Source of the DNA: Salmonella phage P22
Reading direction: 5' to 3' (one strand)
Sequence record: NC_002371.2
Length of the DNA stretch: 32,000 bases
Shown here: one piece after another, positions 20,034 to 29,919 of the stretch
Layout of the letters: every line of letters begins with the position of its first letter
How positions within the stretch are numbered: the first letter of the stretch is position 1
Translations under genes and position numbers: made by a program
Notes under the pieces: generated by a model
The model's database searches: none
What the model was told of the DNA's origin: nothing
Seen by the model: only the letters and a program-made list of their open reading frames with translations

Positions 20034-20612
20034 ATGAACAACTCATGGTGGCAGGAGTTAATGCGTTTTTTCCTGCAAGGAATGACACTTAAACAGTTGA
20101 TTCATATGCTAATCATCCTGATCGTATTGATTATTGTTATGCCGGTAAGCGTAAAAGAATGGATAAACCTGCATAATCCAGAAATACTTCCTCATTACTG
20201 GATGTATTACATCCTGTTGTTCTGCGTTAGCTATGTGCTTAACGGTGTTGTTAATTCCGTTTATCACGCTGTTACTGAAAGAATTGAGGCATCAACTGCT
20301 CAGCGGCGTAAGGACAGAGAAGAAAAAGTCGTTCGGGATTTGTTTGATTCGTTAACTCTTGGAGAAAGAGCGTATTTGGCATTCGCTGTAGCCGCTAATA
20401 ACCAGCTAAAGACAGAAAAGGGAAGCCCTGAAGCAATTTCATTGCTCAAAAAAGGGATTATCACTCGATTGCCTTCTGCTATTGGATATCCTGATATTGA
20501 CCGTTTTATTATCCCGGAAAAGTATTTTAATGAGTGCTACATGAGATTTGCCGGGAAGTCAGACATTCTTATGAATGAACTTATTGTACAGGACGAACAG
20601 CTCAAAAAATAA
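20034..20612 (+). CDS. sieB: SieB superinfection exclusion protein; an internal in-frame start would give Esc
   Basis: 192 aa from MNNSWWQELMRFFLQGMTLKQLIHMLIILIVLIIVM...; two N-terminal TM segments; candidate internal starts at M10/M17. Confidence 0.88.
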   Translation: MNNSWWQELMRFFLQGMTLKQLIHMLIILIVLIIVMPVSVKEWINLHNPEILPHYWMYYILLFCVSYVLNGVVNSVYHAVTERIEASTAQRRKDREEKVVRDLFDSLTLGERAYLAFAVAANNQLKTEKGSPEAISLLKKGIITRLPSAIGYPDIDRFIIPEKYFNECYMRFAGKSDILMNELIVQDEQLKK

Positions 20613-20632
20613 CGACTTAACCGACAAATACC

Positions 20633-20935
20633 TTACCTCGCTGTTATTTGTTTGCTCTTACGATGACCAGCCGCGTAAAGTGCTACGCCTGGAAGAAGTA
20701 CAGATCCTCCTTCAACTTCCTTCTGACGCGTTCCGGCAAGCGAAATGGCTTTGGTGACACGGTCAATTCTTTTGGCTTTAACTTCCTGAGAAGCATCAGG
20801 AGCATCGCAGCCAAAAATTGAATCGATGATATTGCAGATGGTGTCGCGCTCTATGGCTAGCTTTCTGCGCCGCTCATGACGGCGAGTTTTAGCATTGCCT
20901 GCAAACGTTGACTTCCCGTAGGTGATAACCGTCAT
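20633..20935 (-). CDS. 24: gp24, N-type transcription antiterminator
   Basis: Arginine-rich motif NAKTRRHERRRKLAIERDTI, the P22 N boxB-binding peptide. Confidence 0.96.
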   Translation of the reverse strand: MTVITYGKSTFAGNAKTRRHERRRKLAIERDTICNIIDSIFGCDAPDASQEVKAKRIDRVTKAISLAGTRQKEVEGGSVLLPGVALYAAGHRKSKQITAR

Positions 20936-21091
20936 GATTTAATCCTCATGTGAAATGGCTTTGGTACTGGCGCCGGAACCTGTCTCAATTTCCGGATTTC
21001 AAGTGGCTTCTCAGTCCGGCCCGATCGGTACAGCTAGAGGCCTAAGCTCCACCACACGCCAGTCCAAACCAATCTCGTTTGGTATTTGTTC

Positions 21092-21126
21092 GCGCTTTGT
21101 CAGCGCATCATCGAAGTTAAAGAGCG
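21092..21126 (-). promoter_or_regulatory. nutL (boxA + boxB)
   Basis: Minus strand: boxA CGCTCTTTAAC (21116-21126) then boxB GCGCTGACAAAGCGC (21092-21106). Confidence 0.9.
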
Positions 21127-21167
21127 TTGCCTTTCCGTTTGGCTACCAGCGTCCTGCTGATGGCTAA

Positions 21168-21196
21168 AATTTAAGACTTCTTAATTAAATGGTCAA
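21168..21196 (-). promoter_or_regulatory. PL promoter with overlapping OL1 operator
   Basis: Minus strand TTGACC (21191-21196), 17 bp, TAAATT (21168-21173); operator ATTTAAGACTTCTTAATT (21169-21186) fits the C2 operator consensus. Confidence 0.85.
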
Positions 21197-21288
21197 GTGT
21201 ATTTTTGAAGAAAACTTAAATATTTTATCGTTACTTAAGTTTTTATTTGATTTTTAAAGGAAAATGTAGTGTGAGGGGCGGGTGCCCC

Positions 21289-21939
21289 TTATGGAAGATT
21301 TGCGAGTTTTGCGTCAACAACTACGCCAATGATTTTGCAGTTTCCGTTGATTTCTATCATCGGATATTGTGGGTTTAATGGTTTTAAAAACTTTCGGCCT
21401 GCATCCATAACTAATTTTTTGAATGTGGCCTCGTTTTCACCTTCTAATTTTGCAACAACCAGCTTGCCGTTTCTTGGTTCGACTTCGGGATCAACCAGAA
21501 TTATCATTCCTTCTGGAATGCTTAACCCTGCCGGTGCTGTCATAGAGTCACCTTGGACATCAAGCCAAAATGAATCTTCTGAACAATCTACAGTGGTGTC
21601 GTGCCAGTTCTCTATCGCGCGCTTGTGATAAGGTTCTACAGCTTCCATCCATTGCCCTGCGCTTACCCAACTGATAAGAGGGTATGATCCTCTTGGCTCA
21701 TGCCTACTATGATAGGCAACGTTTGTCTGGCTTAAATCTCCTTTCAGCAAATAGTCAGGGGAGCACTGAAGAGCCTTCGAAAGTGCCAACAGGTTCTCCC
21801 CATTTGGCTCAGTCTCCGAGCGCTCCCATTGCGATATTGCAACATTAGACACTCCCACCATCTTACCAAGAGCGGCTTGTCTAATCTTGAGTTTTTTTCT
21901 TCGAGCGCGAATACGCTCACCCATCAATTGTGTATTCAT
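21289..21939 (-). CDS. c2: C2 prophage repressor (CI-like)
   Basis: 216 aa MNTQLMGERIRARRKKLKIRQAALGKMVGVSNVAISQWERSETEPNGE...; HTH plus LexA-type C-terminal domain. Confidence 0.97.
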   Translation of the reverse strand: MNTQLMGERIRARRKKLKIRQAALGKMVGVSNVAISQWERSETEPNGENLLALSKALQCSPDYLLKGDLSQTNVAYHSRHEPRGSYPLISWVSAGQWMEAVEPYHKRAIENWHDTTVDCSEDSFWLDVQGDSMTAPAGLSIPEGMIILVDPEVEPRNGKLVVAKLEGENEATFKKLVMDAGRKFLKPLNPQYPMIEINGNCKIIGVVVDAKLANLP

Positions 21940-21947
21940 AGTTAAGT

Positions 21948-22005
21948 CATCTTAAATAAACTTGACTAAAGATTCCTTTAGTAGATAATTTAAGTGTTCT
22001 TTAAT
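21948..22005. promoter_or_regulatory. OR region with PR/PRM (OR3, OR2, OR1)
   Basis: CATCTTAAATAAACTTGA (21948-21965), ACTAAAGATTCCTTTAGT (21965-21982), ATTTAAGTGTTCTTTAAT (21988-22005); rightward TTGACT at 21962-21967. Confidence 0.85.
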
Positions 22006-22019
22006 TTCGGAGCGAGTCT

Positions 22020-22205
22020 ATGTACAAGAAAGATGTTATCGACCACTTCGGAACCCAGCGTGCAGTAGCTAAGGCTTTAGGCATTAGCGATGCAGCGGTC
22101 TCTCAGTGGAAGGAAGTTATCCCAGAGAAAGACGCATACCGATTAGAGATCGTTACAGCTGGCGCCCTGAAGTACCAAGAAAACGCTTATCGCCAAGCGG
22201 CGTAA
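22020..22205 (+). CDS. cro: Cro repressor
   Basis: 61 aa MYKKDVIDHFGTQRAVAKALGISDAAVSQWKEVIPEKDAYRLEIVTAGALKYQENAYRQAA. Confidence 0.96.
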   Translation: MYKKDVIDHFGTQRAVAKALGISDAAVSQWKEVIPEKDAYRLEIVTAGALKYQENAYRQAA

Positions 22206-22211
22206 GCAAAA

Positions 22212-22246
22212 CGCTCTTTACCAATCTGAACCGCCGACAACGCGGT
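22212..22246 (+). promoter_or_regulatory. nutR (boxA + boxB)
   Basis: boxA CGCTCTTTAC (22212-22221), boxB ACCGCCGACAACGCGGT (22230-22246). Confidence 0.9.
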
Positions 22247-22311
22247 AAACCTATTTCAAAGCGCATCAACGAATGCGCACAACTAACTATTAACTACAGG
22301 AATGTTCACAT

Positions 22312-22590
22312 ATGGAACTCACAAGCACTCGCAAGAAAGCCAACGCAATTACCAGCAGCATCCTTAACCGGATAGCTATTCGTGGACAGCGTAAAGTCGC
22401 TGATGCGTTAGGCATTAACGAATCTCAAATTTCACGATGGAAAGGCGATTTCATTCCGAAGATGGGGATGTTATTGGCGGTTCTGGAGTGGGGTGTCGAG
22501 GATGAGGAGTTGGCAGAACTGGCAAAGAAAGTTGCGCATCTGCTGACAAAAGAAAAGCCTCAAGACTGCGGGAACAGTTTTGAGGCCTGA
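22312..22590 (+). CDS. c1: C1 transcriptional activator (CII-like)
   Basis: 92 aa [61 protein letters not shown]... Confidence 0.95.
22321..22334 (-). promoter_or_regulatory. Candidate PRE -35 / C1-binding repeat
   Basis: Minus strand TTGCGAGTGCTTGT = TTGC-N6-TTGT, near-match to the CII-type TTGC-N6-TTGC, at the start of c1. Confidence 0.5.
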
Positions 22591-22624
22591 TGTAGAAAGA
22601 CTGGATCAATCCACAGGAGTAATT

Positions 22625-22771
22625 ATGCCAAAACAACTCAGTCCTGACCAGGACAAATTACACAAAAACATACTACGTGATCGGTTCTTATCCAGCTTCA
22701 AACAGCCTGGTCGATTTCGGGCTGAGTTGGAGAAAGTGAAGCTAATACTGAAGAGGAAAGGTCATGAGTAA
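22625..22771 (+). CDS. Hypothetical 48 aa protein
   Basis: [48 protein letters not shown]; between c1 and 18. Confidence 0.75.
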
Positions 22772-23579
22772 TCTTGCAACAGTTACACCGATAAAACCTC
22801 ATCTGGAGGTTGTGGAGCATCGCGTGGCAGAACTCGACGATGGCTACACCCGGACTGCAAATACACTGCTGGAAGCTGTCATGCTTTCTGGGCTTACTCA
22901 ACATCAGCTACTGATTGTTATGGCTGTGTGGCGCAAGACATACGGTTATAACAAAAAAATAGATTGGATCGGAAATGAACAGTTCGCTGAACTCACTGGC
23001 ATGGCGCCAACCAAATGTTCTACCGCCAAAAACGAGCTTATCAGAATGGGGGTTCTCACTCAGGTGGGGCGTCAGGTTGGTATGAATAAAAATATTTCCG
23101 AGTGGAAGACGAAGGTTAACGGATTCGGTAAAACATTTACCAGATCGGTAAAACTAACCTTCACCAAATCGGTAAAAACCAATTTACCGAATCAGTCAAA
23201 CACAAAAGACAATATACAAAAGACAATAAATACAAATACCCCCTTACCCCCTAAAGGGGGATGCGATGAAGGTTCTAAACCTGAAAAGCGAAAACCTACC
23301 AAGATTAACTACAGCGAATATCTTGCTGCCTACAACGAGATTGTTGGTGACAGACTCCCACATGCAGTGGAGGTCAATTCTGAACGACAACGCAAGTTGA
23401 AAAAGCTGATTGATTCACTGGCAACCAAAAACATCGACGGATTCCGGGCATACGTCAAAGCGTTCATGGCAGCAGCCAGACCATTCCATTTCGGTGATAA
23501 CGACCGTGACTGGGTAGCTAATTTTGATTATCTGCTACGCCCGAAAGTACTGATAGCAATTCGTGAGGGAACACTATGA
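22764..23579 (+). CDS. 18: Replication initiation protein gp18 (lambda O-like role)
   Basis: 271 aa; N-terminal phage O-type winged helix region ([38 protein letters not shown]). Confidence 0.93.
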
Positions 23580-24952
23580 GACAGGATATCGAGGCGAGCG
23601 TTATCGGTGGCTTGCTGATTGGCGGATTAACACCAACCGCCAGTGACGTTCTGGCAACACTGGAGCCTGAAGCATTCTCAATTCCGCTCTACCGGAAAGC
23701 TTTTGAAGTTATTCGAAAGCAGGCCAGAAACAGGAACCTGATTGATGGACTGATGGTGGCCGAGGAGTGCGGGGATGAATACGCAACGGCGGTGATGATG
23801 ACTGCGCGGTCATGTCCCAGCGCTGCAAACCTGAAAGGTTATGCCGGAATGGTTGCAGACAGTTATCAACGGCGTCAGGTTTTACAGCTACTGGATGAGA
23901 TGCGGGAGCCAATCAGTAACGGCACGCTGGACGCATCAGGCAGAGCGATGGACGAGCTTGTAAAGCGCCTGTCATCCATCAGGAAGCCGCGGAACGAGGT
24001 TAAACCTGTGCGACTGGGTGAAATCATCAATGACTACACTGACACGCTTGACAGGCGTCTGAGGAACGGAGAAGAGTCGGATACCCTGAAGACCGGAATC
24101 GAAGAGCTTGACGCTATCACCGGAGGGATGAACGCAGAAGACCTTGTGATTATTGCTGCTCGTCCAGGTATGGGTAAAACCGAACTGGCGCTGAAGATAG
24201 CCGAAGGCGTGGCAAGTCGTGTTATTCCTGGTTCTGGCGTCCGGCGCGGTGTGTTGATTTTCTCGATGGAAATGAGCGCCATTCAGGTTGTTGAGAGAGG
24301 GATTGCCGGCGCAGGAATGATGTCGGTCAGTGTGCTGCGTAACCCGTCACGTATGGACGATGAAGGATGGGCGAGAGTTGCAAGCGGGATGAAGTTGCTG
24401 GCAGAGCTGGATGTGTGGGTAGTTGACGCATCGCGTTTGTCTGTCGAAGAAATCAGGTCCATTTCCGAACGCCACAAGCAGGAGCATCCTAATCTGTCAC
24501 TGATTATGGCTGACTATCTCGGGCTAATTGAGAAACCAAAAGCGGAACGTAATGACCTCGCCATAGCACATATCTCCGGTAGCCTGAAAGCGATGGCGAA
24601 AGACCTGAAAACTCCAGTTATCTCCCTAAGCCAGCTCTCCCGCGATGTTGAGAAGCGGCCAAACAAGCGCCCGACAAACGCAGATTTGCGGGATTCAGGA
24701 AGCATTGAACAGGACGCAGACTCAATCATCATGCTCTATCGGGAAGCGGTATATGACGAGAACAGTAGCGCCGCGCCATTTGCTGAAATCATCGTGACGA
24801 AAAACCGTTTTGGCTCGCTTGGTACGGTTTACCAGCGGTTCTGCAACGGACACTTTGTTGCATGTGACCAGGACGAAGCCAGACAGATTTGCACGGCATC
24901 AAATGCACCTGCTGGACGCAGAAAGCGATATGCACAAGGGGCTGACGTATGA
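23576..24952 (+). CDS. 12: DnaB-type replicative helicase gp12
   Basis: 458 aa; Walker [14 protein letters not shown], helicase motifs; [15 protein letters not shown]-terminus. Confidence 0.95.
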
Positions 24953-25029
24953 CTATTTACATCACTGAGTTGGTAACAGGCCTGCTGGTAATCGCAGGCC
25001 TTTTTATTTGGGGGAGAGGGAAGACATGA
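24949..25029 (+). CDS. ninA: NinA-like small hydrophobic peptide
   Basis: [26 protein letters not shown], 26 aa, ATG overlaps gene 12 TGA. Confidence 0.65.
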
Positions 25030-25463
25030 AAAAACTAACCTTTGAAATTCGATCTCCAGCACATCAGCAAAATGCCATTCACGCAGTACAGCAAATCCTT
25101 CCAGACCCAACCAAACCAATCGTAGTAACCATTCAGGAACGCAACCGCAGCTTAGACCAAAATCGGAAGCTTTGGGCTTGCCTTGGTGATGTCTCACGTC
25201 AGGTAAACTGGCATGGACGATGGCTTGACGCTGAAAGCTGGAAGTGTGTGTTTACCGCAGCCTTAAAGCAGCAGGATGTTGTCCCTAACCTTGCCGGGCA
25301 TGGCTTCGTGGTAATAGGCCAGTCAACCAGCAGGATGCGTGTAAGCGAGTTTGCGGAGCTATTAGAGCTTATACAGGCATTCGGTACAGAGCGCGGCGTT
25401 AAGTGGTCAGACGAAGCCCGGTTAGCACTGGAATGTAAAGCGAGGTTTGGAGACGCCGCATGA
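25026..25463 (+). CDS. ninB: NinB recombination protein
   Basis: 145 aa [57 protein letters not shown]... Confidence 0.92.
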   Translation: MKKLTFEIRSPAHQQNAIHAVQQILPDPTKPIVVTIQERNRSLDQNRKLWACLGDVSRQVNWHGRWLDAESWKCVFTAALKQQDVVPNLAGHGFVVIGQSTSRMRVSEFAELLELIQAFGTERGVKWSDEARLALECKARFGDAA

Positions 25464-25633
25464 AACACTGCTACCGCTGCGGAGAAAGCAAAGACGATTA
25501 TCGATTCCGGCCAAATCAACCTTATTGGCACCAATGGTGTATCAGATGTGAGCGGTCGCCAGTAGGTAATTTCCCGCTGCCAGAGACGAAGGAGGACGTA
25601 TGGCACGACAGCGACGAAGTATCACCGACATAA
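25460..25633 (+). CDS. ninD: NinD-like protein
   Basis: 57 aa [57 protein letters not shown]; CxxC pairs. Confidence 0.85.
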
Positions 25634-25776
25634 TCTGCGAAAACTGCAAATACCTTCCAACGAAACGTTCCAGAAATAAACGCAAGCCAATCCCAAAAGA
25701 GTCTGACGTAAAAACCTTCAATTACACGGCTCACCTGTGGGATATCCGGTGGCTAAGACATCGTGCGAGGAAATGA
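25600..25776 (+). CDS. ninE: NinE
   Basis: 58 aa [58 protein letters not shown]. Confidence 0.88.
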
Positions 25777-26111
25777 CAATGGATTATTCACAGTTAAGTG
25801 ATTTTGAAATTAACAAGCGAGTCGCGATAGCGACAGGGCATAAGAAGTTTAACGGCCTGGGATGGCAAGGGACACAAGAAGACAGTTGTAGCGCAGTGAT
25901 AGTAAGAGGTCCAACTAAAATAGGCGCGTTTGACCCATGTAATAACCCGGCAGACGCATGGCCGATTATTGAGAAATACAGAATTTCTTTCTTAGACCAG
26001 TTAACTGAATGGTGTGTAGATGCAAAAGGCGTGAGTCCAATATTTGATATCAGACCTCTCCGCGCCGCCATGATTGTCTTTCTCCTGATGCAGGACGCCA
26101 ATAATGCTTAG
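25773..26111 (+). CDS. ninX: NinX (DUF2591-like)
   Basis: [32 protein letters not shown]..., 112 aa. Confidence 0.85.
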
Positions 26112-26280
26112 CCCATCACAATCCCTTCAATACCAGAAAGAAAGCGTCGAGCGGGCTTTAACGTGCGCTAACTGCGGTCAGAAGCTGCATGTGCTGGAAG
26201 TTCATGTATGTGAAGCGTGCTGCGCAGAACTGATGAGCGATCCGAATAGCTCAATGTACGAGGAAGAAGACGATGGCTAA
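26104..26280 (+). CDS. ninF: NinF
   Basis: 58 aa [58 protein letters not shown]. Confidence 0.85.
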
Positions 26281-26884
26281 ATCAGCGCGAAGACGATGCA
26301 AAAACGAAGAATGTAGGGAATGGTTTCACCCTGCATTCGCTAATCAGTGGTGGTGCTCTCCAGAGTGTGGAACCAAGATAGCACTCGAACGACGAAGCAA
26401 AGAGCGCGAAAAAGCAGAAAAAGCAGCAGAGAAGAAACGACGACGAGAGGAGCAAAAACAGAAAGATAAACTGAAGATTCGAAAACTCGCCTTAAAGCCC
26501 CGCAGTTACTGGATTAAACAAGCCCAACAAGCCGTAAACGCCTTCATCAGAGAAAGAGACCGCGACTTACCATGTATCTCGTGCGGAACGCTCACGTCTG
26601 CTCAGTGGGATGCCGGGCATTACCGAACAACCGCTGCGGCACCTCAGCTCCGATTTGATGAACGCAATATCCATAAGCAATGCGTCGTGTGCAATCAACA
26701 CAAGAGCGGGAACCTGGTTCCTTATCGCGTGATGCTCATCGAGCGCATAGGGATTGCAGCAGTAGACGAAATCGAATCTGACCATAAGCGGCATCGCTGG
26801 ACTACCGAAGAGTGCAAAGCGATTAAGGCGGAGTATCAGCAGAAGCTTAAAGACCTACGTGACAGCAGAAGCGAGGCAGCATGA
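26273..26884 (+). CDS. ninG: NinG recombination protein (Rap-like)
   Basis: 203 aa [57 protein letters not shown]... Confidence 0.92.
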   Translation: MAKSARRRCKNEECREWFHPAFANQWWCSPECGTKIALERRSKEREKAEKAAEKKRRREEQKQKDKLKIRKLALKPRSYWIKQAQQAVNAFIRERDRDLPCISCGTLTSAQWDAGHYRTTAAAPQLRFDERNIHKQCVVCNQHKSGNLVPYRVMLIERIGIAAVDEIESDHKRHRWTTEECKAIKAEYQQKLKDLRDSRSEAA

Positions 26885-27105
26885 GCAAAATCCAATACCC
26901 AATGACCACTGCGGCAATTTTCGATGATGTTGTCTATCCGCTGCATTTCGACAATGCCGGCAAGGTTAGGCAAGAAATGGAAGGCGCTGTTAACTGGTTC
27001 TGCAGGTGGTGCAACGAAGAGAAAGCCGCTGTGAAAGCGAGATTGTTGGTCAGTTGCTGGGGTCAATATCTGAGTCATGAGCAGGTTATCCGGGAGGCCG
27101 CATGA
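26881..27105 (+). CDS. ninY: NinY-position protein
   Basis: 74 aa [56 protein letters not shown]... Confidence 0.75.
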   Translation: MSKIQYPMTTAAIFDDVVYPLHFDNAGKVRQEMEGAVNWFCRWCNEEKAAVKARLLVSCWGQYLSHEQVIREAA

Positions 27106-27305
27106 CACACACTGTCAAAACCATTCCAGACATGCTCATAGAGACATATGGAAACCAGACAGAAGTAGCACGGCGCTTATCGTGCCACCGCAACACAGTC
27201 AGGCGTTATCTGTACGACAAAGAAGCCAGGTATCACGCCATCGTTAACGGCGTTTTAATGATTCATCAGGGCGGGAGAGGTATTTATGACCGTAACCAGC
27301 ATTAA
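27102..27305 (+). CDS. ninH: NinH
   Basis: 67 aa [67 protein letters not shown], Fis-like HTH. Confidence 0.88.
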   Translation: MTHTVKTIPDMLIETYGNQTEVARRLSCHRNTVRRYLYDKEARYHAIVNGVLMIHQGGRGIYDRNQH

Positions 27306-27465
27306 CCAGGCAAAACATCAGCGTGAACGTGACGAGGCTGAATTACGCAGCGTCAGAGAGATGACGGAGCAACACCAGAAGGCGATGGATTATCTGCATG
27401 AGCGAGAGCGTGAACTGGTGAACCGGATTGGATTGAACAAGCCAGCGGGAGACGATGCTGCATGA
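27286..27465 (+). CDS. Hypothetical 59 aa coiled-coil protein
   Basis: Read by eye: MTVTSINQAKHQRERDEAELRSVREMTEQQQKAMDYLHERERELVNRIGLNKPAGDDAA; overlaps ninH and gene 23. Confidence 0.7.
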   Translation: MTVTSINQAKHQRERDEAELRSVREMTEQHQKAMDYLHERERELVNRIGLNKPAGDDAA

Positions 27466-28085
27466 GACTCGAAAGCGTAGCTAAATTCCATTCGCCAAAA
27501 AGCCCGATGATGAGTGACTCACCACGGGCTACGGCTTCTGACTCTCTTTCCGGTACTGATGTGATGGCTGCTATGGGAATGGCGCAATCACAAGCCGGAT
27601 TCGGAATGGCTGCATTCTGCGGTAAGCACGAACTCAGCCAGAACGACAAACAAAAGGCTATCAACTATCTGATGCAATTTGCACACAAGGTATCGGGGAA
27701 ATACCCTGGTGTGGCAAAGCTTGAAGGAAATACTAAGGCAAAGGTACTGCAAGTGCTCGCAACATTTGCTTATGCGGATTATTGCCGTAGTGCCGCGACG
27801 CCGGGAGCAAGATGCAGGGATTGCCACGGTACAGGACGGGCAGTTGATATAGCCAAAACAGAGCAGTGGGGGAGAGTTGTTGAGAAGGTGTGCGGAAGAT
27901 GCAAGGGCGTCGGCTATTCAAAGGTGCCGGCAAGCGCCGCATATCGCGCCATAACGATGCTAATCCCAAACCTTACCCAACCCACCTGGTCACGCACTGT
28001 TAAGCCGCTGTATGACGCTTTGGTGGTGCAATGCCACAAGGAAGAGTCAATCGCAGACAATATTTTGAATGCGGTCACGCGTTAA
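27462..28085 (+). CDS. 23: Late-gene antiterminator gp23 (Q-like)
   Basis: 207 aa; CRDCHGTGRAVD...CGRCKG zinc-binding region typical of Q family. Confidence 0.93.
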   Translation: MRLESVAKFHSPKSPMMSDSPRATASDSLSGTDVMAAMGMAQSQAGFGMAAFCGKHELSQNDKQKAINYLMQFAHKVSGKYPGVAKLEGNTKAKVLQVLATFAYADYCRSAATPGARCRDCHGTGRAVDIAKTEQWGRVVEKVCGRCKGVGYSKVPASAAYRAITMLIPNLTQPTWSRTVKPLYDALVVQCHKEESIADNILNAVTR

Positions 28086-28127
28086 TAGCATGATTGCCAC
28101 GGATGGCAACATATTAACAGCATGATA

Positions 28128-28156
28128 TTGACTTTTTGAATAAAGTTGGGTAAATT
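28128..28156 (+). promoter_or_regulatory. Late promoter (PR'/Plate)
   Basis: TTGACT (28128-28133), 17 bp, TAAATT (28151-28156) just after gene 23. Confidence 0.75.
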
Positions 28157-28183
28157 TGACTCAACGATGGATAAATGCACTCG

Positions 28184-28224
28184 TTAAATAAAGCCCTGAG
28201 TTTAACCGCTCGGGGCTTTTTGCG
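28184..28224 (+). terminator. Late-leader terminator (antiterminated by gp23)
   Basis: AAGCCCTGAG...CTCGGGGCTTTTTG hairpin 25-60 nt downstream of the late promoter. Confidence 0.7.
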
Positions 28225-28519
28225 TTTTAAGCACGACATTTCTGAAAGCGCCCTATCACCAATCACCAGAACACATCCAGATACCCTTGCTCATTCGTGG
28301 CGACGGGGTAGGGCGTTTTACACAAAAGAAAACCCAGAACTATGGCTGGGCTTCGTGAAGATGGGTGGCAAGAGACTGCGCTAACAGCCTCTTGCCTGAT
28401 CTGCCCATGCTCTTAATCACGGACAAACCACGTTACCGCAAAATGTATCCTGGATTTGTTCTTTCCAATATCAACCAATTCATAACATTGAACAAATCCT
28501 CACGGTCGTGAGGTAAGAC

Positions 28520-28846
28520 ATGAAAAAGATGCCAGAAAAACATGATCTGTTAACCGCCATGATGGCGGCAAAGGAACAGGGCATCGGGGCAATCCTTGCG
28601 TTTGCAATGGCGTACCTTCGCGGTCGGTATAATGGCGGTGCGTTTAAGAAAACACTAATAGACGCAACGATGTGCGCCATTATCGCCTGGTTCATTCGTG
28701 ACCTTTTAGTCTTCGCCGGACTGAGTAGCAATCTTGCTTACATAGCGAGTGTGTTTATCGGCTACATCGGCACAGACTCGATTGGTTCGCTAATCAAACG
28801 CTTCGCTGCTAAAAAAGCCGGAGTCGATGATGCAAATCAGCAGTAA
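28520..28846 (+). CDS. 13: Holin gp13 (class I, dual start MKKM)
   Basis: 108 aa [44 protein letters not shown]...; 3 TM segments. Confidence 0.95.
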
Positions 28847-29267
28847 CGGAATCACCAGATTAAAACGTGAAGAAGGTGAGAGACTAAAAGCCTATTCAGA
28901 TAGCAGGGGGATACCAACCATTGGGGTTGGGCATACCGGAAAAGTGGATGGTAATTCTGTCGCATCAGGGATGACAATCACCGCCGAAAAATCTTCTGAA
29001 CTGCTTAAAGAGGATTTGCAGTGGGTTGAAGATGCGATAAGTAGTCTTGTTCGCGTCCCGCTAAATCAGAACCAGTATGATGCGCTATGTAGCCTGATAT
29101 TCAACATAGGTAAATCAGCATTTGCCGGCTCTACCGTTCTTCGCCAGTTGAATTTAAAGAATTACCAGGCAGCAGCAGATGCTTTCCTGTTATGGAAAAA
29201 AGCTGGTAAAGACCCTGATATTCTCCTTCCACGGAGGCGGCGAGAAAGAGCGCTGTTCTTATCGTGA
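28827..29267 (+). CDS. 19: Lysozyme gp19 (T4-type muramidase)
   Basis: 146 aa; [17 protein letters not shown]...GVGHT...; catalytic E. Confidence 0.96.
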
Positions 29268-29701
29268 GTCGTATTAAGGCAATTATTGCGTCTGTCATTA
29301 TCTGCATCATCGTCTGTCTTTCGTGGGCTGTTAATCATTATCGTGATAACGCCATCACCTACAAAGAGCAGCGCGATAAAGCCACATCAATCATCGCTGA
29401 TATGCAGAAGCGTCAACGAGATGTAGCAGAACTCGATGCCAGATACACAAAGGAGCTTGCTGATGCTAACGCGACTATCGAAACTCTCCGCGCTGATGTT
29501 TCTGCTGGGCGTAAGCGCCTGCAAGTCTCCGCCACCTGTCCAAAGTCAACGACCGGAGCCAGCGGCATGGGCGATGGAGAAAGCCCAAGACTTACAGCAG
29601 ATGCTGAACTCAATTATTACCGTCTCCGAAGTGGAATCGACAGGATAACCGCGCAGGTTAACTACCTGCAGGAGTACATCAGGAGTCAGTGCTTAAAATA
29701 A
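29264..29701 (+). CDS. 15: Rz i-spanin gp15
   Basis: 145 aa [43 protein letters not shown]... Confidence 0.93.
   Translation: MSRIKAIIASVIICIIVCLSWAVNHYRDNAITYKEQRDKATSIIADMQKRQRDVAELDARYTKELADANATIETLRADVSAGRKRLQVSATCPKSTTGASGMGDGESPRLTADAELNYYRLRSGIDRITAQVNYLQEYIRSQCLK
29463..29648 (+). CDS. Rz1: Rz1 o-spanin lipoprotein nested in Rz (+1 frame)
   Basis: [36 protein letters not shown]...; lipobox LLGVSAC and Pro-rich region. Confidence 0.88.
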   Translation: MLTRLSKLSALMFLLGVSACKSPPPVQSQRPEPAAWAMEKAQDLQQMLNSIITVSEVESTG

Positions 29702-29743
29702 TTTTAATTTCACTGAAATTTAACAAGTGACTTTCAGGAAAAT

Positions 29744-29768
29744 GCCTCGCAGATGCGGGGCGTTTTTG
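29744..29768 (+). terminator. Putative intrinsic terminator/attenuator downstream of Rz
   Basis: GCCTCGC-AGAT-GCGGGGC followed by GTTTTTG. Confidence 0.65.
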
Positions 29769-29769
29769 T

Positions 29770-29919
29770 ATAGGTGTTTCACCGCGCACCGCAGCGCACA
29801 ACAACCACCGAACCTGACCCTTTGGAATGGGCCTTTGAGGATACCAGTTAGTGCTGGCGAGCCTCGGTGGGCTGGTTTCCTGTGCGGCAAAGGTTCATTT
29901 CAAAGAAGAAGGCAACGCC
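29770..29919 (+). ncRNA. Candidate structured leader upstream of rha
   Basis: About 150 nt non-coding GC-rich tract with several short complementary segments between Rz and rha; see findings. Confidence 0.4.

Noticed and set aside
22022-22590. Possible toxin-antitoxin pair from adjacent small HTH proteins
   Set aside because: These are recognisably Cro and C1 of the immC switch with OR, nutR and PRE-like elements in expected places.
27353-27969. Minus-strand ORFs opposite ninH/gene 23
   Set aside because: Overlap well-supported + strand genes; no regulatory context on the minus strand.
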